A DNA stretch of 64,000 nucleotides, taken from assembly GCF_006345805.1 (NCBI RefSeq), contig NC_043017.1, positions 15,190,001 to 15,254,000 of the forward strand. Reading direction: 5' to 3'. The notes below the pieces were generated by a model. It saw only the letters and a program-made list of their open reading frames with translations, was not told the origin of the DNA and did not search any database. This document shows, piece by piece, positions 54,745-64,000 of this stretch. How positions within the stretch are numbered: position 1 is the stretch's first letter; each line of letters begins with the position of its first letter. The stretch is from Octopus sinensis. Its lineage: Eukaryota. The position numbers were made by a program, and so were the translations under genes.

Positions 54745-55160
54745 TTATTTACATTTGACGGATATTTGTCCCTATCTTGTTTGTTTTTAAAACAACGCTT
54801 CGGATGATATACCCTCCAGCCTTCATCAGGTGTCTTGGGGAAATTTCGAACCTGGGTTCTCTTTCCTAAGATATTTTTCGATATCATTATTATTATTATT
54901 ATTCAGGTCCCTGACTGGAATCGAACTCGAAATCTTGGAGTTAGTAGCCCGCGCTCTTAACCACTACTTCATATGCCCGTGAGCAATTATGGATTGAATT
55001 TTAGGGCTTATAAAGCTAATATTCTCCTATCTTTCCTTAATACCGGTTCCTATATGAAACTCATATCTGCACTCGGTCTGCTTAGGGGGTTGTTGTGTCC
55101 TAGCACATGTGCTGCTTCTTTTAGTTTTCATATTTTCCAATGGTGTTCTCTATTAGTTTA
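54745..55160 (-). mobile_element. Penelope-like 3' end: GIY-YIG C-terminal relic, tRNA-like cassette, (TAA)n, decayed hammerhead
   Basis: Minus 55156-55010: REHHWKI*KLKEAAHVLGHNNPLSRPSADMSFI*EPVL. tRNA-like 54982-54903 (tgaagtagtgg; gagttcgattcc). gacac CTGATGA a ggctg...catcc GAAGCGTT at 54834-54789. Confidence 0.65.
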
Positions 55161-55326
55161 ACTTCATCCCACAGGAGGAGGTGGTCTCCATTTTTCCATA
55201 CATGATCATGTATATGCACACTTATACACATACATACGTAGGCGCAAATTCGTCAATATGTATTCACGTACACATATACATTTACATATACATACATACA
55301 TACATACATACATACATACGCGCGCG

Positions 55327-55360
<34 letters not shown>

Positions 55361-55361
<1 letters not shown>

Positions 55362-56238
55362 TATGTCAGGTCACTTTCGAGTGCTACTGGTAACATGTAA
55401 CCCAGTACAACCTGTTGTTGCATGGTCGGGTCGTCGGCGGCTAAACCGGCAACCCCACAAAGCTTGTTTGGTGAGGAGGGTGTTTATTGGACACCCTGCG
55501 GGATGAAAAACAAAACCCGTCAAAGGGCGGAGGAACTCTTGAGAGTCAACGGCCATCCAATAAATGTCTTAAGGCTGTATCATGCGCGGGGACATAGAAA
55601 TAATCGGACTGAATACCCGATCGCGCGGTTAAACCGTTGGGAGTGAAGGACTCCTAGCCTTTGTTAGGGCATCCTTCTAGGAGAAGGTAACTCAGGTAAC
55701 TGGGATAACTCCGACATAAAACCTGCGGCTCAGTGGTTGCCGATGATGTTGACTTGTTCTTTTCGGATTATGGCTGCTGTTGCTTAGTGAGTGGGATTGA
55801 CTCAGTGCACAGCCTTTCCTCACTTTAAAAATCTTCTTGCACAGGCATTGCACGATAACAACATTGATTAAGCTTCGTGCAATGGCCATACTCAATAACG
55901 AGGGGGCAGCCACCACCATATATATATACACACATATATATATATATCGGAGTTATCCCAGTTACCTGAGTTACCTTCCCCTAGAAGGCTGCTCTAACAA
56001 AGGCTAGGGGTCCTTCACTCCCAATGGTTTAACCGCGCGATCGGGTATTCAGTCCGATTATTTCTATGTCCCCGCACATGATACAGCCTTAAGACATTTA
56101 TTGGATGGCCGTTGACTCTCAAGAGTTCCTCCGCCCTTTGACGGGGGTTGCCGGTTTAGCCGCCGACGACCCGACCATGCAACAACAGGTTGTACTGGGT
56201 TACATGTTACCAGTAGCACTCGAAAGTGACCTGACATA

Positions 56239-56240
<2 letters not shown>
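55361..56240. repeat. Converging inverted repeat (55361-55714 / 55947-56240) of an RTE-like 5'UTR sequence
   Basis: Arms near-identical apart from a ~60-bp segment missing in the right arm; ctaggagaaggtaactc resembles RTE 5'UTRs (assignment is inference); (TA)n outside both ends. Confidence 0.85.
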
Positions 56241-56291
<51 letters not shown>

Positions 56292-56406
56292 CATAAATAC
56301 ACATAGTTCCGAGTTCAGTCCCACTGCGTGGCAAGTGTCTTCTACTATAGCCTCATGCCAACCAAAGCCTTGTGATTTGGTGGACGGAAACTGAAAGAAG
56401 CCAGTC

Positions 56407-56481
<75 letters not shown>

Positions 56482-56509
56482 GAGAATGAAGCAACAAGAA
56501 TGGATTAGT

Positions 56510-56600
56510 TTTTAGTACAATTGTTTCATACAAAGACAGGCTTTATTAAAAGTTGCAAATATTGCAGCAGATAAAAGTGTCCCGTACTCATCAGCTAAAA
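56510..56600 (-). ncRNA. Type I hammerhead ribozyme (left arm of palindrome)
   Basis: Mirror of 56761-56851; tcatcag at 56588-56594, tacaattgtttc at ~56516-56527. Confidence 0.7.
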
Positions 56601-56760
56601 CACATATGAGTTCTCCAAACATCTTAGTGGGTGAGGCTACACTCATGAAGTATTGGAGATAATTTCATTAAAAGCAGATTCAGGTTGTAAACTGTTTACA
56701 ACCTGAATCTGCTTTTAATGAAATTATCTCCAATACTTCATGAGTGTAGCCTCATATGTG

Positions 56761-56851
56761 TTTTAGCTGATGAGTACGGGACACTTTTATCTGCTGCAAT
56801 ATTTGCAACTTTTAATAAAGCCTGTCTTTGTATGAAACAATTGTACTAAAA
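56761..56851 (+). ncRNA. Type I hammerhead ribozyme (right arm of palindrome)
   Basis: ttttag CTGATGA(56767-73) gtac...gtat GAAA(56834-37) CAATTG TA ctaaaa. Stem I 6 bp, palindromic stem III ACAATTGT, GUA triplet; stem II closes with G-U instead of G-C. Confidence 0.7.
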
Positions 56852-56993
56852 ACTAATCCATTCTTGTTGCTTCTTTCTCGTTTATAATCACGCCACATTA
56901 CTGTATGGTTAAGACCATATAGTTTTCTGGTGCATCTAAGTTAAGTACCGCATTCAAGTGAATTCATTAGAATTGACTTGAATCTTAATTGCT

Positions 56994-57036
<43 letters not shown>

Positions 57037-57048
57037 CTGTCTGTGTGT

Positions 57049-57082
<34 letters not shown>

Positions 57083-57109
57083 CTGTCTGTCTGTGTGTGT
57101 GTATGGTTT

Positions 57110-57310
57110 TATATGTCTGTGTTTGTCTCCCGCTCATCGCTTGACAACCGATATTAGCGTGTCTACGTCCCCGTAACTTAGCGGTTCGGCAAAAGAAACT
57201 GATAGAATAACTACTAGGCTTACAAAGAATAAGTCGGTTTGTTCAACTAAAAGACTGAAAGCGGTGCTCAAGCATGACCGCAGTCATACAAAAGAATAAA
57301 AGAATAAAAA
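57110..57310 (+). mobile_element. SINE family A, 3' half
   Basis: cgcttgacaaccgat...acgtccccgtaacttagcggttcggcaaaag...gcatgaccgcagtc. Confidence 0.85.
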
Positions 57311-57479
57311 TAAACACATTGATATGAGAGGAATGAGAAGCGTTAAGATTCGGTCAACATATAAAGTATATTAAATACATGAAATACAAAAAATGTATAT
57401 ATAATGTATATATAGCTATATACAAAAAGGTTTGGTTTACACAGACTAGAAATGATATCAAGAATTAAAGGGGGGTTGA

Positions 57480-58025
57480 AGAAAGAGATCTTACATTTGA
57501 GGTGTTAAGACGGAGGCTTGTCTCATCCGCCGATGGGAATCAATCTACAAACAGTATCTTGGACCACCGACCCCCAGAAACAGCTGTTGCATTTCTAATA
57601 CTTTTCTTCTACTCCCTTCAGTTCTTGCTATCATTTCTATTCTGTCTAAGCCAGACTCTTTTTGTATGTAAACATACATACATTTTTTTTGTTAACTTGC
57701 TTATCTTTACATTTCCTTCTCTAACCGCTCAAGTTTAAACTTCTTGATCACTATTAAGTGTATTATATACGGAAAATATTTCTCATTTATACATATATTC
57801 CCTTCCGGTCATTCAAAATGTGACCGCATGTGTACCGTTGGCGATTTGTTTTCCTCTGTCTTCCCTTCTTTGGATCTTTCTTTTTCCTATGTTTCTGACG
57901 AAGAGCTCCGCTCGAACCGTTAAACCCTCCTTCTTTCCTTCTTTCCTTCTTTCCTGAGCGTCCAATAATACTATGCTTGTTCCACGTCCTCGCGTGTTTT
58001 CTTTGTGTTTTCATGTTTGGATTAA
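57480..58025 (+). mobile_element. Penelope-like 3' end with a decayed minimal hammerhead (57891-57925)
   Basis: gttt CTGACGA a gagc tcc gctc GAACCGTT aaac (GAAA>GAAC); same family as 13395-13590. Confidence 0.65.
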
Positions 58026-58893
58026 CTATATATATGTGTGTGTGTACACGTTTATAATATACATATGGATATTAATACTCGCACATAAATGCACAGACGC
58101 ACTGTGTGTGCAGCATGTGTGTGTATGTTTCACTGAGGAGGGTTAATAATGTTAGCCATTTACAATTCGCTGAAAATCACTATCGTGACTTAGTGGATAA
58201 TTATTTCAGTTTTTAACACACCCTCTTAACATTTGTGCGTATGTCAGTATGTGCTTATGTTTTTCAAACATATTTCAGTTTCATACGCATCGGCAAATCA
58301 CCATAGCAGCGCTACCACAGATCCATCTGTAACCTTGACAACCAGCCTGTACCAAGACAGAATTTTGCCTTTCTTTCCTCCAGAATCAACAATAACGATT
58401 TCAAAATGACTGTCGCCGTAATTAGTGAGACATGGCGACACAAGTGACAACTGCAACAGCTAAGAATTGATGACTGAGCCCAACACTTTACTTGCTCGTT
58501 AACAGAGCTGTGATGGTTGCTGGTTTAGAAAGTAGATGTTTTCTATGGCTACAAGGTTAGCGGTTTCATTTCCTAACAACCTTAGTTCGAGTCTAGTTAC
58601 TTGCGGGGTAAATGTGTGCCACCAAAGCATGCAATACATTGAAATCTTAATTTCGTCAGTGGAAAAAAATGTCGAATACTTTCGCATGCATGCTTGTATA
58701 TACATATACATATATATATACACACACACAGACATGTGTGAGTGAGTGTGTGTGTGTGTGTGTCTGTGAATATATGTATGTCATTATTCAGTTTTATTTA
58801 TAAACAATAGAGAAAGAGTCGCTTTCATTGGAATTTCAACATCAACAACAGTGTATGTATGTATGTATGTATGTATGTATGTATGTATGTATG

Positions 58894-58947
<54 letters not shown>

Positions 58948-59199
58948 CATGTGCAGATTTGTATGTTTTGTTTTATGTATGAATATAGTCGCATATCTAG
59001 ATATGCTCATAATACATTTAAATGATAAACGTCTGGAAAGTTTTAGAATTTTACAGTTCCAGTGATGGATTGGATCTGTAGTCTTCGAAATAGCTTTCTG
59101 GTTTTGAGAAGCCTAATTTCTCAAGATTGGTATTTAGGCAGTGTGTTACATATCCCAGAATCCCAATGCAGGAGGAGACCCCTTTGGTCATGATGACCG

Positions 59200-60270
59200 T
59201 GGGATTGCACCTAGAAAGTTACCCTCCGAGGCACAACAAAGAGGGAATGGTCATGTGCGAAATTCCTTGAAACAGATGACCAAGCTCCAATTCTACATCC
59301 TTTGAAAATGCTGTAACTAGATCAAGGCTATTTTTCATCTCATGCATATTCTTTGCATAAAGTTGTAAGTCATTTACAAAGAAACGGTGAGTAATTTTGG
59401 TATCTCTGTTTCCTTGTGAACCAGTGAGACAGCCTTCAGACTTCCTTAACATGATTGACAAGGGGTTTACAGAGAGTATAAACAACATCATTGAAAGGTT
59501 GACCCCTTGGAATATGCCTTTGTGATACTGTATTCTATCGGTGATAATACAGTCGCTCTTTGTGTTTAATTTCAAAATGGTGGCCCATGATGAAGTCAGG
59601 TCAGGTATGGCTTTAACTATTCTGGCATCCATGAGTGGGGAACAGAATCAAAGACTTTCTTGTAGTCTGGCCACACTAAAAGTAGGTTCCTCCTATGATT
59701 TTCCACCTCTGACATCACAGTTTTGCTGGTTAACAGTTGCTCGACACATCCCCAGACTCCCTTCTTCCCAACTGCTTGTTCGGCTGTGATAATGTTATTG
59801 ATTTCACAATGGTCCTGGAGCAACAGGTTTAAACATACTATAAATATCTTATATATTGAGTTCTGGCATGCAATTGGCCGGTAGTTTTTTGCCATGAGGG
59901 TGATTCTGCATCTGGGGATCAATTTTGTCTCTGCCAGAGCTAACCAATGTGGTATGCTACTGCTCCCAATGAAAGCTTGCTGGTACAGATTGATAAGATA
60001 TGGTAGGTAGAATGTTAGCTTCTTGTACCAATATCCAACACTCAAGTCTCTCTTCCAGGTGCTTTTCCATCCTGGAGCTTCTGGATCACATTTGCAAGAG
60101 TTTCACCATCAATGTTGTATGTCTTGGATGTAACGCAGGAGCAATAACTTTTTCGGATTTCTTCCATCCACTGAGCATCTTGGTTAGATTCCTTCTCTTG
60201 CCGCCAGAAGGAATCTATGTCTTCTCATGAAGGAGTTTCCGTGATCTCACTGCTTCTCCTTTCGTGAAAG
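59200..60270 (-). pseudogene. Decayed R4/Dong-like reverse transcriptase fragment
   Basis: IDSFWRQ...KAPGR, KNYRPIACQN, EQAVGKKGVWGCVEQLL, DYKKVFDSVPHSW, KGIFQG, HRFFVNDLQLYAK; frameshifts and degenerate catalytic motifs. Confidence 0.88.
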
Positions 60271-60360
60271 TATACTGCTCCCTGGTATCGAATCAGGAAA
60301 CAAATAGCAAAGTTCGGGTTGCAAAACCATGACATGTCATTGCCCGAAACAGATTTTCTC

Positions 60361-60411
<51 letters not shown>

Positions 60412-60532
60412 CGATGTGTTTGCCTGTGATTGCATGTGTGTTTTTGTGTGTGCGTGGAGAAGTTTCCGAGTTCTTTAACCTTATTCCGTATCGATCTTTT
60501 AAACTTTTGTCGCAGCTCAAAATATTGTATAC

Positions 60533-60533
<1 letters not shown>

Positions 60534-60572
<39 letters not shown>
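60534..60572. repeat. (TTA)13 microsatellite at the 3' junction of the R4/Dong element
   Basis: 39 nt of perfect TTA, i.e. (TAA)13 on the element's sense strand. Confidence 0.95.
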
Positions 60573-60573
<1 letters not shown>

Positions 60574-60739
60574 TTTTCTTTCTTCTTTCAAATTTGCTTC
60601 CATTTCTTGCCGAGTGTCTTCCCGACTCCTAGGGCAAAGAAACTCATAGTATACATTGGTAGGCCATTAAACCAAACTCAATAGTTCATTCATTTTTTTT
60701 TTTTTAAGTTAAATTAAAATACATGAGCAGCAACAGTTC

Positions 60740-61552
60740 TCACATCGACAATACTCTTCTCAATACGTGTGATGTACCAGTTGAGACAATCTTTTGCACT
60801 TCTTGCAGGGATGATAAGCCAGGGATCATTCTCATATAATTTTCGGTTCCCTTCTTGATCATTCCTAGTGCTCCTACGATCACTGGTATTGTAACCGCCT
60901 TGAGATGCCACATTTTCTCAATTTCAATGAGTAGGTCTTTATATTTTCTGAGCTTGTCAAACTCTTTTGCTGAGATATTATGATCACAGGGGATGCTCAT
61001 GTCGATCAATAAGCAAACTTTATTGTTTTGGTCTTTCACAACAATATCTGGTTTATTGACCTTGATGGTTCGGTCTGTATGTACTGGAAAGTCCCACAGA
61101 ATCGTTACATTTTCTCCTTCAGTTACAGCCTCAGGGTGGTGATTATACCACTTGTCGGCAGTTTTGATATTGTAATGCCGACTTATTAGCCAGTGTAGAT
61201 ATTGGCCAACTCTGTCATGTCTTAATTTATACTCCACTGGTGCTAAGACTTTACATCCAGAGATAAGGTGGTCCACTGTTTCAATCATGTCGTTGCAGAA
61301 TCGGCATTTTGGGTCTGCTCCATTTTTCAGCACATTGGCCTGGTAGTTCCGGGTTAATAGGCTTTGATCTTGAGCAGCCAGGATGAAACCTTCGTTCTCT
61401 GCTTTTAGCCCTGAGCTCCGTAGCCACTGATGGGTTTGCTTCTGGTCAACATCAGCTTGTTTGCTGCGGGCCACATATTTGCCGTGCAGAGGTTTCTCCT
61501 CCCACCTATCAGCCAATTGCTCGTGCGCTTTTTTCGTTGCCATTATTTTCAC
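60740..61552 (-). pseudogene. C-terminal CCHC finger and RLE domain of the R4/Dong element
   Basis: CRFC...TVDHLISGC, RHD, KPDIVV...LIDMSIP, KLRKYKDL: canonical PD-(D/E)xK RLE motifs. Confidence 0.93.
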
Positions 61553-61663
61553 CTTCTTTGCAACAATAGTTGCCGTACTTCCCTCGGGTTGTTCAGTTTA
61601 GGTATCCTACACGAGATTAATAGCAAATTTTTTGCTTTCCTTTATGATAGAATGAAGCTTTTT

Positions 61664-63532
61664 TCATCTCTCGTGATTTTCCACGAGCTTTAGCATCCAG
61701 TCATTCGTTATTTCGAGATATTTGGCCAGTCCAATTGTGGTTGTTTTGTAAGCTAGTTCAAATTGGATCAGGCCTAGACCTCCTTGGGCTCTGGGAAGGT
61801 AAAGGCGATCTACGTCTGCCTTTGGGTGGTGCATCCTATTACAACTCAGCAGCTTGCGTATTTTCCTATCTATATTCTTTACTTCACTCATATTCCAGTT
61901 CAACACATTGTAGCTATAAGTAACAACTGGAACTGCTAAGGAATTTATAGCTAACACCTTGTTACGTGCATTTAGTTCAGATTTCAGGACTGCACGAATT
62001 CTCCTATAACATTCCTTCCTGATCTTCTCTTTCATGCTTGCATGCTGAATACCAGAGCCTTCATTTATCCCTAAATATTTGTATGTTTGTTCTTGCTCAA
62101 GCTCTCTTATGACTGTGTCAACATCTAACACGACTGAATTTGTGGTCTTCACTTTCCCTTTCTGGAAAGTGGCCTTGGCACACTTCTCAAGTCCAAACTC
62201 CATCCCGATGTCATCGCTGAATGCTTTCACAGTGCGCAATAGGCCTTCAAGTTCATTATTGTCTTTACCATAGAGTTTTAAGTCATCCATATAAAATAGA
62301 TGGCTTATTTTTTTATTGGCAATTTTATACCCATACCCTGTTCTGTTTAATTCACTTGTAAGGGGCATTAGGGCTATGCAGAATATTAAAGGTGAAAGTG
62401 AGTCACCTTGAACAATTCCACAGTTGATGTTTATATTTTCTGAGGCAAGTACTCCATTAGAGTGGTATAATTGGAGATTCGTATTCCACAACGACATATT
62501 GTGCTTCAGGAAGTTTGAAATCACAGGGGAAATTTTGAAGATGTCCAGCGATCTCAAGATCCATGGATGCGGTATACTGTCGAAGGCCTTTTTATAGTCA
62601 ATCCATGCGGAGCTGAGATTTCTGCGCTTGTTGTGACAGTTCTCAAGGATCATACGATTAATTAGCAGTTGATCTTTGCATCCGTAAGAGCCTCGGCGGC
62701 ACCCTTTTTGTTCAATGGGGAAAATATCGTTCTTCTCCATGAATGCATATGTTTTCTCCGCCAGGATAGATGTTAGGATTTTATACGTGGTGGATAGACA
62801 GGTTATAGGCCGATAGTTTTTTGGAAGGTTGGTTTCGTTATTCTTTGGGAGTAGGTAAGTAATACCACTTGCTAACCATTCAGGTGTTTTCTTTCGGTCT
62901 CTCATAATTCCATTGAGCAGCTGAACTAACTTACCGTGTGCGCATGGGAGCGATGCAAGCCAGAAATTCGGCACCCTATCTTTACCGGGGGATTTCCAAT
63001 TATGGGCCTTCGTGAGTGCCTTTCTTAGGTCTGCTATTGTGATGTCTTCCCATGCTTGTTGTTGTAAATTTTGGTAGGATCCTTCAGTTTGTATAATCCA
63101 GTCTGCATTTATGTTGTACGTCTTCTTGTCACTCCAAATCCTTTTCCAAAAGTTTTGAACTTCTTCCATGGGAGGGGGGTCTTTAACGGTTACTTTCTCC
63201 TTCCCTATTTCTCTGTAGAATTTTTTGGCATTGGATGTGAACAGCTTATTTTGCTTGTAAAACTTGTTTCTCTTCTCAAATCTTCGTATTCTTCGAGCTT
63301 TTGCTTGGACTTTTTGCTTCAGCGTTTCTTTTATTGATATCAGTTCTTCTCTTGGTGAGGATCCAAATTTTCTCTTCATCTTTCTTCCTGTTCTGGATCT
63401 TACATCATTTCCACATATTAGTTCATTTAATATTGATATTTCCCCTCTCATAAATTCAATCTCTTTTTCAATTTTACTTCTCCAGGTTTGATTTCTTCCC
63501 AGGTTTGGTTTTCTTTGTTTTTTCGGGGGCAT
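61664..63532 (-). pseudogene. Reverse transcriptase domain of the R4/Dong element
   Basis: KSPGKD, NYRPITCL, EQKGCRRGSYGCKDQLL, WIDYKKAFDSIPH, GIVQGDSLSPLIF, HLFYMDDLKLY, YKYLG; ends at a frameshift (ENHER*) followed by two in-frame stops. Confidence 0.95.
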
Positions 63533-64000
63533 ACAGCTGGTTTCAATTGCCCTAGCAGAAGCGTAAATAATTTCATTTAACTCAGTAAAATCAGGTTTTA
63601 ATTCTTGTATTATTTCATTTGTTACATAGTTGCCAATTTGGATCTGTTTTTTTTATTTTGGTTTGTATTTGAGAGTTTATGAAGTCGTTCTCTATCATTC
63701 ATACTTGTATGTCTTACAACTTCAAGCGTATTCAGGATTTTTTCTGCCTCATTTCTGCCATACACTCTCTGTGTTCTTCAGCAAATGCGAGATCTTCAGT
63801 TACTGTTGTTTTATCGTTTTCCTGGCTATCTTTAACAGATACAATATAATTTCTTGTATCTTCAGGCCTTTGCGTACTTTGGTCAGATGGCAGTCTTTCA
63901 ATTAAGCCTCGTGGCGGGCTATACTGTTCATCTGATTCTTCATTTCCTTTGTGTCATATTTATGTCATTTTCCGTTGCGTGCTTGATCGCGCTTATTTCA

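Larger units (their letters stand above)
56480..56881. repeat. 402-bp near-perfect palindrome centred on 56693
   Basis: gttgtaaac-t-gtttacaac centre; left arm has 25 extra bases between tgag microhomologies; one other mismatch seen. Confidence 0.95.
60573..64000 (-). mobile_element. R4/Dong-clade non-LTR retrotransposon (RT + restriction-like endonuclease), runs off the window
   Basis: Single-ORF architecture with a ~165-nt 3'UTR; N-terminal region continues to 64000 with frameshifts. Confidence 0.9.

Noticed and set aside
54903-54982. Functional tRNA gene (also 17545-17610, 49822-49890, 12406-12480)
   Set aside because: A/B boxes are present but acceptor and anticodon stems do not pair properly, and each continues into repeat bodies; treated as tRNA-derived heads.
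58360-58447. Strong polypyrimidine acceptor followed by INNNDFKMTVAVISETWRHK*
   Set aside because: An isolated acceptor; the ISETW resemblance to an APE motif is too short to call either an exon or a LINE relic.

Overview
Eukaryotic, AT-rich, microsatellite-saturated DNA with no recognisable host gene, so it is intergenic or deep intronic. The SINE repertoire and repeat density suggest an octopus (coleoid cephalopod) genome; this is inference from memory, not a database match. Almost all ORF-track entries are microsatellite artefacts. Real coding relics are retroelements: a CR1-type LINE (+, ~21.25-24.27 kb; CCCH-finger ORF1, APE+RT ORF2, disrupted), a recently inactivated R4/Dong-type RT+RLE element (-, 60.57 kb to window end) abutting (TAA)13, two older R4-like RT fragments, and an L1/Tx1-like 5' end. 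Non-coding repeats include dozens of tRNA-derived SINE copies from at least 5 families, a solo LTR, a Helitron, MITEs and a mariner TIR. The most notable signal is a set of minimal type I hammerhead ribozymes with palindromic stem III (Penelope-like element type). Two near-intact pairs sit in long inverted repeats (42890-43953; palindrome 56480-56881) and five decayed variants lie elsewhere, one in a Penelope 3' end that also carries a tRNA-like Pol III cassette. All alignments, foldings and translations were done by eye; repeat boundaries are approximate unless stated.
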